Shown here: positions 37,741-52,039 of the stretch, piece by piece
How the letters are laid out: each line of letters begins with the position of its first letter
Position numbering within the stretch: position 1 is the stretch's first letter
Assembly (NCBI RefSeq): GCF_036321535.1
Contig: NC_087436.1
Location: 66,652,001-66,716,000, forward strand
Length of the DNA stretch: 64,000 nucleotides
Direction of reading: 5' to 3'
DNA from: Camelus dromedarius
Taxonomy: Eukaryota
Made by a program: the position numbers and the translations under genes
The notes under the pieces: generated by a model
Seen by the model: only the letters and a program-made list of their open reading frames with translations
Database searches by the model: none
Told to the model about the DNA's origin: nothing

Positions 37741-39728
37741 GTAAACTGCAATTAAATTATCCCACTTAAAAATGTTTAAGAAAAAAAAAAGCTGAGAGGT
37801 GAAAAACAGCTTGAAAAGTTCTGGGATTTATTTAACATGAGATTTAGTAAGAAGAAATAGAGTCGATAGAGAAAAGCAATGGCTGAAAATAACAGCTGTT
37901 TCTTTGTCAGGATTGAAGAAGAAAAGTAATCTTCAGATTCACTACTTAGAACCATGCTTAGCATTAGAGCTGGAGAGACATAGACGCCAGACTCCATCGA
38001 GCATCGTCCCTTTAGATGGGGAGGCTGCATGTGAACGGCAGACCTGCACAGAATATTAATCCTGTATATTGTCATCTACTACAGCCTCCACCTCCAGATT
38101 CTCTTCTCACTTTTACTACATGTATGTAAAAATCTACAGTATGTAAAGTCTACACTCCAGATCCAACCCACTTTCCTTTGCTTATCTCATGATTATCTTT
38201 ATGGCTAAAAAATTTTATTTTACTTTTTAGATTTCTCAATAATTGCTTGTAAGCAATCAATAAATAATGAATGAAGGAAAATACCAGACAGGTAGTAAAT
38301 ATAACACTTGGTGAGCCTATTAAAGAAAATAGAAGGCATTTTAGATATAAAATGACTATGTGGGTGAAGAGAAGACTTCAGTGTTCCAACAGTAGAAATC
38401 CCATTGGCTTGCCTCACATTCTAAATTATATGTAAAGGTTCTACATTGAACCAATAATGAAGTAACTAGATGTAGATGATTATAATAATGTAATTTGTCA
38501 TGAAATACTGAAAATTATACCTATTCAGATGTTCCAAAATATACAAATATTTCTGGGATATTATAGAATTAAATGAGTTTAATTGCTTATGCCCTAAGCA
38601 TTTCTCTTTTTTATTTTCTCTGTGTTTATTCTATGTTTATGCACAGCAATTTGCTTATCTAAATTTCATTATAGAATGATACAATACGAAGGCTGAAAGA
38701 GTCTTTGAAAGGATTTTGACCACCCGTTCGTCTACACATTACAGGAAGTAGACTTAGGTTATCCTTTTGTTAACTGCCTTGCTTATGTTTTGTGAATAAC
38801 AGAGGAACCGGCAGTTGGGTAGGACTAGGTATCCTAATACGATAGACTCCAAATTCTTGTACAGCTAAGAGATGGGTGGCATAAAACAGATGCATCGTTT
38901 TTCTCTCTCCCTGTTTATATTTTTTTAAGGCTCTAAGAGTGGGAAAGAAGAGATATTCTTTCAAGGTAATATTCAGATTCTCTACCAATGGAGTAAATAC
39001 TATACGTGGCCTTCTAACTGTCATGGCATGCTATTCTAAGACTAAACATGAATGTAAAAAACTGGAGGGCACTGGAATGCTCTTATATTCTTTCATGCAT
39101 TCTTTCCCATATTAGGGTGTACTATGTCTATGGCATAGGGTTGTAAACATGAATGGAATAACTCTGCTATCTTTATATCTACAGTGTGAAACAGATTTGG
39201 ACATATACATGTATGTGAATATGTATATTGGAGTTGCAAAGGGAGATCTCATAGGAATATGACTAAAGTGTTGTAACAAATAGAGTTTGGAATTAGTCAG
39301 GTCTTCACAGTGCGTATAATTGATAGAAGGTTCATCAGCTGGAAAGAGAGGAGTAAAAGTAAATGTTGCAATCTAGCCTGAAGAATTTGTATGTAAAAAG
39401 TGCAGAGGCAAGAAAGATAATAGGAGTTCCAAAAATTGCAAGTGTTTACTATATCTGGAGAGCAAAATTTTATGCGATTGTGACCTGATTGGTCTGTGAC
39501 CAAGTCAGTTTAGACTTTGTATGTCAGGGGATTGATTTTATTTTAGAGACATAGTGAAAACTATATACATAGTCAAGCAGCAAGATCATCTAGTGTATCT
39601 TTTAATAAAATCAATATGATTGCAGTATTGAGACATAGTTTTCAATTATATTTTGTATAAGAATTTTTTTCACATTAGAGTATATTGTGATAATGTGGCA
39701 GTGTCTCAGTGTTAAGATCTCATTTCAT

Positions 39729-39800
39729 TTGTGCTCTACACAGCAATTTGACACAACATTGTAAAATGACTGTAACTCAATAAAAAAATGTTTAAAAAAA
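39729..39800 (+). mobile_element. L1 3' tip micro-insertion (72 bp)
   Basis: ttgacacaacattgtaaaatgactgtaactcaataaaaaatgtttaaaaaaa; TSD atctcatttcat at 39717-39728 and 39801-39812; target TT/AAGA. Confidence 0.88.
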
Positions 39801-39862
39801 ATCTCATTTCATGAAGGATGGGTTGAAGTCACCTAATGTGGAAGGCATGAATCCATTTAAAG

Positions 39863-39976
39863 CAGTGATTCTCAATCTTTAATATGCATGTGGGTCACCT
39901 GGGCATCGAGTTAAATGCAAATCGTGATTCTTTAGGTCTGGGGAAGAGTCAGAGATTCTGCATTTCTCACAAGCTT
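39863..39976. mobile_element. MER5A-like hAT-Charlie MITE
   Basis: cagtgattctcaa...tcacctggg...taggtctgggg...gattctgcatttctcacaagct. Confidence 0.75.
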
Positions 39977-42900
39977 TAGCAAAAAATACTGATTAGGAGT
40001 ATATTGCTCTTTATACATCCAAGTTTAAAAGTCTAATCCCCATTTATAGTCACTTTTCTCCAATTCTAGAGAGAATTTTTGGTATTTTTTCAGGCTAAGA
40101 ATGTAGTAAATATCCTGTATATGTTTAAAAAAAAAAAAAAAGCCAAAGCTGAATCCTATAGAATCATATTTAACACTGCTACCAATTTTATGTAAATCTC
40201 AGAACTTTCAAGTAATTTGTGCCAGAACTTTTTTCAGAGTGATGACCTAGAATTCAAATACATAAATGTGTGCTCCTGAGAGAAATTTTGAGTGGTTTTA
40301 GAGTTCAGAATGCTTAGAATATTTTTTTTAATCTGTATGCATTTTACTTTCGTACCTGTATTGTATAGTTTTAATGAGAATTTCGGGATAATCTTTCTAA
40401 ATCCCTAGTATCTTTCTTACTTTTATCTCTTGAGATGAGCCAAAAGGAACATCTAACTATTGCTATTTACATTGATATGTAAATTCGGTCATACATATTT
40501 TATAGAGACATGTAAATGACTCAGCTGAAGCAGATTCACCTGTTTATCCCTTGGATAGATGTGTGTACCCCTCTTAACAGCACAACAATTGCAGGCACCT
40601 GCTTAGCATAAGCAGCTTATTAAAATGCAGTAAGAAGGAGAATGCCTTTGTGAACAATTTTCTTATAGTATTAATAATCCTGATGGAAAAACAATACAAC
40701 TCAGATATGGACCTTTTCACCAGTCAACTGTCTAGACTTTTCCAGTGTGAATTAATACAAAGGGCTTAATGGTTTCAGGGAGGTTAATGCCCAATGAAAG
40801 GGTTCACATTACTAGAAAAGGCAAAAAGGGAAGTAGAATGAAAGATTTCTCTTTGACTTGAAAAGAAAATCCATGGAAAACAATATAGAATTCTCAGTTG
40901 GGAACTACTTGTATGTTGCCAATGAATAATATAATTTTTTTTAAAACTGAAATGAATCTTTCTCTTTTTTATTATAAGACTTTTTCAGATTTATCTCACT
41001 GGATTCTGATCAGAAAAGAATTAGAAGAACTAAATAAAAAACTGATTTCTAAGTAAAGTCAGATCTTATTTTCTGTACTGACAGTTTAAGAGTGACAGTG
41101 TTCAAAAGCTGAGACTATCAAAATAATATGATGACAAGAGTGATCACGGACTTTTCTGTATATCTTTAAATAATGTTTGCTTAAGAAATGTAGTATTGAT
41201 GTTTATTTTACGTTGGAAATTAGTAACACTGACCACTAAAATCGAGAGTTTTGTTAGTTATATTTTAATTATAATATCAATTAGTAATATATTTTCCTGT
41301 TAGCACATGTATAAACAGTAGAATGAAGGAGCATCAAAAAGAGTTTCAGTCCAGAAGTCTGCTTCTGTTTATAGCAAATTTAGAATAGGTCAGATGGAGT
41401 TTTGTTTTGATACCTGTATGTTTATACGGGCAATAAAATCAGGAAACGTCAGACTTGATTTCCTTGTCATCTTCTGTCTCAGTGGACTGCCTCCTCTGTG
41501 GAACATGTTTGTATCAGAAAAAAATGTGAAAGGCTCTGAAATTAGTAAATGATTACTGGGTATCTTCTCCATGGAATGCTAGGGGTTCTAGGGGACACTT
41601 GGGGTGCTCTACAGGGGTGTATGCCTTTCATTGTCTTTACTGGTCTGTTACACAGCTCTCTTTAGGCGGGCATTAACTTGGAAGGCTCATGGTGATGCAA
41701 GTTCTTCCTATTTACAGAGAAGATAATTAATTATGTCTGGTGAAGATGCAATTGATTTCCCCTATCCCAACTCACCAGGGTGGAAGAGATCATTCCAAAC
41801 ATCACATTTTATTTTCTTTTTGATATTGAGCAGTTTTGCATATCTTAGCAAATTTATTTTAGTATGCCCAATCATCGATACATGTCTATTCCTTGGAAAC
41901 TTTTGATTCCATAACTAATTTTAGCATCTTACTGGTTGACATATCAATTACTGAGTAAAAAAATGACACATGGTTATTTCATATGCGTGTGTGAGTCATG
42001 GTTTTACCTTGACTGCTTGTTGCTATGATAGAACATCTTTTCTCCTTACATATATGTTATTGCCCAAATGTTTAGAGTGTGGAGGTCTGGATGAGAATAT
42101 ACCATACATTATTTCCTCCTTGTGTATTTTCGAGTTCCCATGAGAATTTCATTCAAGTGAAGAAAATAAAGAAAATCATTGAATTATTAAGTAGAATATT
42201 TCTTCAACAAGATATATAGGACAGTCAATTTGGCAAATTGCAACAATCTCACTTTTCCACACTACCCATTAAATGCTACATCTGTTCTGTTTTTGTTCAG
42301 AAAACTCTATGTCAATCTTTGCTTTTTAATTATATGCCAGCATTTTGACATTTATCATGGCACATAATTATTTATTTATTCTGTGTGATAAATAGCCCCC
42401 TCCCATTTTAAAATATGCTATATGCTTTTTTAGTTTTCTTTTCAATTAACAGGAATCATAATATGCTTCATTTATATAAAGTATTTAGAAGATTTAATAT
42501 ATGACTCAGGAAGAATCACAAACAAAGAATCAGAATCACAAACCAGATGCAGAGCTTTGTCAGAATTGGTTACATTTTTAATGCTGATGTCACGATGCAA
42601 TAGAGAGGGATAAACTTATAGACTGGACTAGAAGGAGGCTAACTTTCATGCAAAGACCTTGAAAGTGTAAAAAGGAATGGGGTCTAGAGCGTGGGGAGGG
42701 GTTGGATTTGGATAGGAACCTGAATACCATATTTAATGACCCAAATGGAAAAAAGACAATATAGATTGGTAAATATGATAGTTAGTCCTTAAATAATTGC
42801 ATCTATTTCTCTCTGCAGTATGAGGTAAGATCATCAGATTAACCTGAGTCTCCATTATTTTGGATTTAGAAATGAGATGTTACAAGCAAAGGGAACAATG

Positions 42901-45900
42901 TGGACAGGTAGAAATACAGACCAACTTTTTCAGGAAACTAACAGCAGTCCAGTGTGACTAAATAGCTAAAAATGTGTATTAGGAATGTGAAAAAGGAGCA
43001 AATAACGATATCCCTAGAGTCAAGTGACAAAGGTCTTAAATGATGTTTCTTGATTAGGAACTTATTTGTAGGGAGTGAAGGATTGTTAAACTTTTGAATT
43101 AGCTCGGTGACATCATGTTTAAAAATGTTTAAAGCAACAGTCATCTTTTATTTTATATATGGGGAAAGTGAAAAAAAATGCTAAAAACTAAACTAAATAA
43201 ACAAGAATGTGCAAGGCTATTTATAGAGAGTTATAAAGTTGTTTTTGTTTTTCTTTTACAAAGTCTTCTTTATTTATCACTTGCAGGCTTCTCTGAGTCA
43301 TAGCTTAAAAAAAATCACGAGTCAGGATTCGTGGTTTGCTCTCAAGGATTGATTTGCTGTATTGATGTGTAACAAACAAACAACAAAATGTTTCTCTGTA
43401 AATGTATAGGTAATTCACTGGAGTTATTTTATTAAAGCACTTATGAAATGTCTTCTTATATATGCCAATTCAAGTGTTCTAAGACCAGTTCTTTGAAATG
43501 ATTTTTGAAGTGTCTGCTCTTTCATATCCCTGAGGTCACTGTTTACTGGCCTTGGTGAGAGCCTCGTAAGAGCCCACAGTTGTGAGAGGATGTGACTGTC
43601 GGCCTTGCTCACATACAGAAACTTGAAGACATTAAAATGGAATTTATAAATTAATCAGGTTTATTAGAAAATCATGTTTATAACCAGCTTAAACATTTAA
43701 GATTTAGGCTTCAGTAAAATGTGGTATTTACATTATTAACTTCTTATAAGAGGTTTTTCTAGTACATTTTTGATCTCTCAAGATATATTAGGGAAAAAAA
43801 GTCATGTTAAAGATAAATAGAAATAAGAATTGAACTCTATATTTTTGTAAGGATTTGAAGTAAAAAAATACTATAGGGAAGATACATACAGTCAACAAAA
43901 CTAAATGCCAATTGATTTATCTTATCCATCAACAAGAATAATACCAAGAACAAAGTTTAAGAGATGGTGCTAGCAATTTCTTAGCTTATTGCTGGAAGAT
44001 GACAAAGGAAGGGAAGGGTGGGGTTTAGTGGGCACCTGCTGCAGGAGGTTGGGGCACCTATTCACCAGGTCCTGCCCTCTATTCCTCGAGGGGGGGGGTA
44101 CATGGAAGAATTAACTCTTCTTTCTATTATTAGAAATGTTTTTTCCCTAATTTCCTTCTTCTTTCATATAAACTTAACAATGTGAATGGAGCAACTAGTC
44201 TTTTTTCCTTTAAGTGTATGCATTGTTAGATTTCTACTTCCCAAAATACTGACTAGCCCTAGTCTTTTGTATCTTTTACATCTATTTGAAAAGCCTTTTC
44301 TTGCTTCAAAATCAGTATTACATTTTAGAGGAATTTTTTCAAGTATATCTTTTTACAATACCATTTAATAAAAATGACTATGCTATAGAGACAAAAACCA
44401 AAGAAAAACAAGAAGGAAAACAGAAGAGACACTCGTAGGATGAAAAACGAGTAGTGGAAATCACTAAGCCACTCACCTATCCTTCAAAGTTGATGTGGCA
44501 GCCGGAGAAGTTGCAACACAGGCTGACTCACTTCGCTGAAAAGAGAACGCATCTACCCGTTATCAAGGACAGAATTTTAATTTCCTTAGTTTCAATAATT
44601 CACCATTGTGAAAACTAAATATATTCCTTAGTATTACATTAAAAAATAATGAAGAAAAATGAGTATAGTTTTAAAAGCTTTTTTAATCTGGTTTCCATGC
44701 TTATTCCATTACTGCGTTCCAGTAAGTAGGCTTGAATATCTCATCTTCTATGACTATTTTTTTAATATAGAAACAGAAAAATAGATTTTATTATAGATCA
44801 TCCTCCAGAGAATGTTGCTTTTGATTGAGTTTTCTCTTTTTGGTATTGCTAGACAAAAGGATGATAGCAGTTAGAGGAATGTGGGCTAATCTAACTAAAA
44901 TATATATATATATTTTTTAATTATATCATTTCTTTATGTTTTACTTTTATCTATGATAGAAAATCTTAGCATAATAGCCAAAGTGCCAAAGCATTGGTAC
45001 TTTGTGTTAACTGACTATATAATTCCTGAGTTGTAACTGTAAGTTTGATTGAAAAGCCCAATTTTTAAAACATACAAGATGACGTTAGGCCATATTATCC
45101 AGAAACTGCCCAGAAATCATATCATCTGTTTCTGAATATCTTATTAAATTGTTATATGAAGTTGTACAATCTTAAGAAATAACATATTTTTGTCTTGCTC
45201 TATTAATTCTGAAAAGAAATCTGAGGGTACTGGGAAGACTGTAGAAAGAAGATTATTGGCCCAAATGCATGCACTGTCTTACTGGGGCCCCTGAAAACCC
45301 CACATAACTACTCTATCAAATAGGAACAGACCACAAGATCAACATAGTTAATTCATCAAAGAAAAAATTTGAGAAGTGTGCTCTTTATTATTAAAAACAA
45401 ACAAAAGCAAGAGTTATAGCAAGAAACTGAGATGAGTAAAACTATAGGACTGATATCTACTTCTGTAGAATGTTTTGGGGAGATTGAAATAGGGAGACAA
45501 ATGAAAAAAGTTCCTGTAGTATCATTTTACCTTAAATTCACAATCAAACACAACTGGTTACTGCTACCTATGTGTTATTTGTAAATATGAATTGCAAAAT
45601 AGGTATGCTTCCTCTGAATGACAGTTTTGTTTACATCCTATCTGTGGACATTTAAATAATCTACTAGTTCCCAGATAAGTAAAAAATTAACTTCTTGTAG
45701 GAAGCACAATTAAGGAATGTGAAATATTAATGATGGTAAAATAAAAATTATAGCAATTTAAATTGATCCTACATGCTGTACTACCTAATATCAATTGGGA
45801 CAGTCTTCATATTGGCATTGAGTTTCAGGGTGGGGGAGCTCAATAAATATGGGCCAGAAACTAGGTTAGTTATCTAAGATACAGCAGAGTACAAGTCCAA

Positions 45901-46034
45901 GATACAACATTGTGCTGTTAACAAACAACTAAGAGTGTCATCTGAGATAATAATTCTATTCTCGGGGAATTAGAATCTATTGGGACAGAAAACTATTAAC
46001 CTTCCTACTAATAAATGTATACTTTTAACCTTAG

Positions 46035-46188
46035 AACAGTAATCAAATGTAATTCTTTAGAAATCGTAGTATGCACACAAATCTCCATGAAACTTATTAA
46101 CACATAAATTCTGTCAGTAGGGCCTAAGTAAGACCCCAAATTCTTCATTTTTATCCAGGTCTTTGATAATGCTGATGCTGGCAGTCCA
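46035..46188. mobile_element. MER5-like hAT-Charlie MITE
   Basis: aatctccatgaaacttattaa...attcttcattttta...gataatgctgatgctggcagtcc. Confidence 0.55.
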
Positions 46189-46239
46189 GCAAAGTTCTCC
46201 AGAGAAACAAAACTAATAGAATAAAATAGAATAGAATAG

Positions 46240-46286
<47 letters not shown>

Positions 46287-46640
46287 TAGAATTTATGGAA
46301 ATGGTTCATGCAGTTGTAGGGGCTGTCAAGTCTGAAATTAATAGTGTAGGCTGAAAACTCCAGCAGGAGTCGATGTTGCAATCTGGAGTCCAAAGGCAGT
46401 CTGGAGGCAGAATTTCTTCCTCTGTGGAGGACCTCGATCTTTTCTTTTATGGCCTTCAACTGACTGAATGAGACCCACTCACACTATGGAGGGTTATTGA
46501 CTAGACACAAAGTCTATTGATTTAAATGTTAGTCACATCAAAAAAAAAAAAAATACCTTCACAGCAGCATCTACATTTGTGCTTGACCAAACGAATGGGT
46601 GCCATGGCTTGACTAAGTAGACACATGAAACTGACCTTCC
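46189..46640 (-). mobile_element. ERVL MLT2 LTR
   Basis: gttctccagagaaacaaaactaatag...ggccttcaactgactgaatgagacccac...taccttcacagcagcatcta...agtagacacatgaaa. Confidence 0.88.
46240..46283. repeat. (GATA)11 tetranucleotide microsatellite inside MLT2
   Basis: Perfect run, preceded by (ATAGA)n units. Confidence 0.97.
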
Positions 46641-46660
46641 CAAATACCAAGGTTTTAAAG

Positions 46661-46974
46661 CAGAGATGGGCAAACTATGGTCTCTGGGCCAAATCTGGCC
46701 AGCCTCTTGTCTCTTTCTATATCTCCCACAAGTTAAGCACAATTTTTACATTTTAAAAGTGGATGTGAAACCCAAACAAGAATAGTATTTCATGTCACAT
46801 GAAATAACGTGAAGTTCAAATGTTGGTGTTACTAAATAAAGTTACATTGGAACACAGCCAAATGCATTTGTTTACATATTGTGGACACAGTTGAGCAGTT
46901 GTGACAGAGATGGTACAATCCACAAAGCACAAAGGGTATCTCATCCTTTACAGAAAAAAACTGGTTGACTCCTG
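46661..46974. mobile_element. MER58(B)-like hAT-Charlie element
   Basis: cagagatgggcaaactatgg...ggccaaatctggcc...ttgactcctg; 8-bp TSD ttttaaag (46653-46660) versus ctttaaag (46975-46982). Confidence 0.85.
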
Positions 46975-47053
46975 CTTTAAAGGAAAGAACATGGTTTTAT
47001 GTGAGTAGCTTAGAGATGAGAATACAGAGGTGAGGAGAGATGATAATGGAGAG

Positions 47054-47240
47054 CAGTGTCTCTCAAGCTGTAGTGTGTATCAGGATAATTTGGATCACTT
47101 GTTAAAATACAGATTTCTGCCCTCCACTCTGAGTTTACAACTCAGCACGTCTGGGGTGGGACACCAGAATTTGTTTATCTAACGAGTTCCAAGTTGATGC
47201 CGATGCTGCTGTTCTGGAGAGCATACTTTGAGATCACAAA
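47054..47240. mobile_element. MER5A hAT-Charlie MITE
   Basis: cagtgtctctcaagct...cttgttaaaatacagattt...gtctggggtggg...tgatgccgatgctgctg...actttgag. Confidence 0.8.
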
Positions 47241-49159
47241 GATCTAGAATCGATTTGAGTAATGTCAGCAATTCTTAAATGGATAGAAAAGAATGATCCT
47301 GTAAAGGAGTCAGGAAATAACTGAAAGAAATAGGAGAAAAACCAACATCACGTAAAAGACACACTTTTAAAAGGGAGGGAATATTCCAAGGTGTTAATAG
47401 TGCTAAACAATCATAAACTGGTGATTAAAAATATGATAGCCTTTGGATTTAAGGAAAGGAAGTCTCCAGTTATCTCTTTTAGTGAGGCCTGTCCTTGGTA
47501 TATCATGAGGATTCGATGTCTCTGTGTCTAATTACTTGAAGTTGAATGCAAGAAAGCTGAAGTTAATAAGTGATACATGCAAAATGAAGATTTTTTCATT
47601 AGGTTACTCAGTTATATTTGAGATGGATATATATTATCTCATTACATGACAAAATAAACGTATACTATTATAAGAGGTGAAACAACGTATTTGTTAGAGT
47701 TACTATTGCACATAGCAAGAGCTTTGTAAAATTGAGCCAAAATAAACATAACTTATGTTAAATCTGACCTAAACTTTTGCTTAGTGTATGGTATTTTAAT
47801 TATCTTTGAAAATAAATAAATAAATAAGCAATAAAAAAAACAAATAAAAAATTAAAAGACAGAGCCATATTTAAAGCTTAAATAAAAGTGATGTGCTTCT
47901 AAGATCCTCATAAATAAATTACTCTCAAGAAAATGCTTTACTGAGTTGCTTGCTTTTCTTTTCTAATGGTGTGTTTGAATGAAAAAAAATATATACATAT
48001 TTTCAACAATCCAAGAAAAAAGATAGCTTTCCCTTTTACATCTTGATTCCTTTGTTTTTCAGCCATGTAAAATAAACATCCCATTATAGAAATAAATGGT
48101 CAGCTTCCCTTTTGTGAATACATTTTAGTTATAAAATATGAAAGAGACAAGCAGTCTTTACTGAAAAATAAAATCATCATAATTTTACTGGAATATTTTA
48201 CCAAGTTTTCCCTCTTTCAACATTATCTCAAAGTGACAAAATTCCCTAAATCACAACCAAAACTTTATGCCTCAAATACACTAGAAGTCATATCCAAAAG
48301 TACATCTTATAATGCATTTTTATTTTCCTTCTACTTGGAAGTTTTCCATGAGTTTAGAGATTGAAGGGCCAAACATGCAAGTCCACTGGTAAGGCATGAC
48401 AGTGAAGAAGTCCACTGAAGTGAAAGACCCCAAAGAATTTTCATTTTCTTATTTTTTAATATATTTTTTTCTTCTATGTGGTTGTTTGGACAGATAGCTG
48501 TGTGTACCAAGAATTATTAAATTCTTACAAACTATGCCTGGAGTCTATTGGAATTTTTTGCTATTTTGTCAATTTTAAAACAAAATTGGGCTCTGAATCA
48601 TTGAAGATAAGGCAATGGACTAAATTTTACTTCTTCAAATTTTTAATGAGTTTTCCATCTTCCAATTTAATCACCTTAAAGGTCTTAAAAATGAGAATAA
48701 TATTAACTTCTTAGGTATGAATGTAATTACGGTCTATGAGTAATAGACCAACAGACTGAACTTTGCCATTTGGGGAAGTTTTCTTTTTCTTTTTCTTTTT
48801 TTACCATTAAGATAATATATTGAATTGAGTAATTATTTCATAATAACTTTATAGTAGTTGTGAAGATTTTGAAGAAATATTTATTCCATGTGATATAATT
48901 AAAACTCCCAAAATTGTTTTCTTAAAAAAAAAAGGAAAATAAATGGGAAGATACCAGAGACAGCAGCTGTAAGTGTGACACTCACTCCTGCGCCAGCTAT
49001 TTTGTATAGTTATTTGGTCCTTTTCGGAAACTGAACCAAGTAAAGGGAAAGGTTATAGGAAGAGAAAACAAGTCACCATGTAAACAAACAAAATAAGCTG
49101 TGGGAAAAAAAAAAATAAAATAAGAGCAAGCAGGATTGGGTCTCATAAGGAGTGAGTAA

Positions 49160-49335
49160 AAAGATGGGTTTGGGAACCAGACCAAAGAGATCCAAATACT
49201 GGCTCTACCACTATGTGATTTGGGGCAAGTTGTTTAACTTCTCTGTGCTTTTCTTCATATACGAAAAGTAACTGATTCAAACGGTTGTCATGAAATCTAA
49301 CATGAGGGCTTAATATAAGCACCTAATAATCACCA
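49160..49335 (+). mobile_element. MIR SINE
   Basis: ggctctaccactatgtgatttggggcaagttgtttaacttctctgtgc. Confidence 0.75.
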
Positions 49336-52039
49336 CAATATATTTTATTTTTACTATTACTCTCTAAGGATTTAAAAAGCAGAATTAATGATAGAAAATG
49401 ACTATCATACGTCCAGCTTAAGCATCTCTTACTTTGGATCGGTAACATTAAAATTTACAATAATAATGGTATTTCCTTCGAAAGCTTTATAATTAGAATA
49501 ATATCAACATTTAAGACTGTCTGGAAGAAACCTCTCCAAACACCCCTACTTAAACTAATTTCTGTTTCCAGTTGAAACAAAAAAAGTATAAATACATGTC
49601 ATTACAAGCTATAGTAACCAACTATAGTGTAAATGTCCAAAGTCCTATAAAATGTATTCAGTTTTACTCACAAAAGATGAGCTTCATATGCTACAAGGAA
49701 GAGAGAATGCATTTGTCATCAAGCCATGCAGACAACTCTCCTAGTGCTTAGTTCTTTGTCTTTCCTCTGCTCTTTGTAGCTCATCCTAGTTTAATTTCTC
49801 TGACTTGCATTTCTTGTTATTATCACCCAACATCTGGATTTCTTCCCTGTACAATAGGCAGAGACTAGAACTGTCTATTTTGCAAACATAATTATGAGGA
49901 AGCTCTTCATTATAGCAACATTTCCATTTCAGATTCCTTTTATAACATTTGTTATATTATCATCTCTGTGTGTGGGGAGAGGTAGATATAACGAATTCAC
50001 AAGTTTTTCTTTTCACAAGTTTAAGCCCTTGGTATGGCATGGCAATATAGAATTGACTAGAATCATATTTTTTTCTAATGTAAAACTTAGATTACTTTTA
50101 TTTTTTTAAATATGTAGGAATCATTGAAAAGTTATTCACATTTTACTACATAACATTTCTTTCCAAAAATATTTCTTTATAAAAGCACAGAATGATGAAA
50201 AACACTATGCTCTTTGGTTTGTATTATTAAGGTCAAGTAGCTTATCAGTAAAGGAATAGTTCTAGTCTAGCAAAGTGAGGTTTGACAAACTTCATATAAG
50301 CAATTATTCTCCACTGACTTTTACTCTAAAAGCCAAAGGATATTTTATTATTAAAAAGTGTTTCCTAGATGAAATACACTTACAAGGCAGCAAGTTTTCC
50401 AAAATAATATAAAGAAGACAATAACTTTCAAATAATAAAACAATTTCAAGGCAAAGGCAATAACTGTCTGATAAAATATTAACCATGTAATACTGAACAC
50501 ATTCAAACTATTAACAGCTTTGAACTATTATAAAAAGTGATCAGATAAAACAATATATATATATAGTATGGTACACAAACTTTCGTTTTTGCTCCATGCA
50601 TGATAGTTTTAATATGTAAGCAACTGCAATGTGAACAATGCTTTTTTTCCCCAGTTTTACAAAATACTGTTATAAAAATAAGCCAGAGTATTTTTATGGT
50701 TACTTGTTTTTAAAAACACAAATAAAAAACACCAAACATGAGACAATTTAATATTACCTTTTCCAGTCAACATTACATGCTAATAATTACGTACAGGAGA
50801 GAAAGGAGACAAGAGAGGGAGGCGGAGTGAGAAAGAGACAGAGGCTGTAGAGCAGAGAGGCGAAGGGGAAGAGAATGGAGAGAAGCTACAAATAGCTAAC
50901 GCTACAGAGAAAAAGAACGTGAAGAAATGATGTGAATATTAAGCATCCTGTTGCAAACCCAGGGAGCTACAGAATAAATGATTAAAAGGTGTTGCTTTAT
51001 TTGACTATGCACTGATTGCCCAAGTAGATTTTGCTGGATTTTAGTCAGATCTGGAGGAGCATTATAGAGTTAGGGACATGATTATTCTCGTAGAGGGAGG
51101 CCAGAAAAACAAAGCTGTTTCAGATCTTTATATTCTATAAATATCTTTTCTCTCTCTTTTCTCCACCCCCCCCCCCAATTCTCTTTCTTCCTATAGTGGG
51201 CATGTGACTGCGTTCTTAACTTCTGACTGAATTTCTGGAAACCGTTGATTCTAATAGAAAAGTCTGTTTCGTTTGCTCACAGACATGAATATCCAAAACA
51301 ACACAGATCAATTTTTATCACTGCGCTAATCATGTACTTGAAGTATTGAGTAATGGAAAGAGCATTTATCTCAGTACATCAGTGGATGATGATGAAACAG
51401 ATTTTAGCCTTGTGTCCATTATCATTTTTGTTGCAATAAAAGCATTTAAAAGTATGTTGATAGCATTTATCAGATCAGATTAATTCAAAATTCCTTACAC
51501 CTCCCACGTTATTCATTTTTTTCTTAGATCTAGGATGGACTTGCAAATAATTTCATCACCATTATTCTGACAGTTTATGGGAAATAATTTTCCCCAACCA
51601 AGTTTATTTCTCCAGAAGCATTTATTTTCCTCAGACAAAATAAATGTTCTAAAGGAGACTTCTATGTAGTTAAACTACACTGACTTATTTCCCTGGGTTT
51701 ACCCTAATGATGACACTTACCTCTTAAAATGGTTGAGTCCCAGAGCCATTCATTCAGCAAGTTTTCACAGAGCAGCTGGGTTTTCCTTTAGGCACAGCAC
51801 CTGAGATGCAATGTTAAGATCAAATATCATTTGGGACCCTCTGGACGTTACGATTCAGTCATACGGGTGGATAAATAAGTACAGGATTACAGTAAAGTCT
51901 GGCAAATGTGGTAAATACTGTCATTCCTCTTACCTAATTGCCTCGTCATACATTAATAAAGATTTGGTGTCTCATTTTTGTGTGTTATTCAACACCATCT
52001 AAATCATCTTTCTCCTTCCCAAATGATGTCTTATTAATC

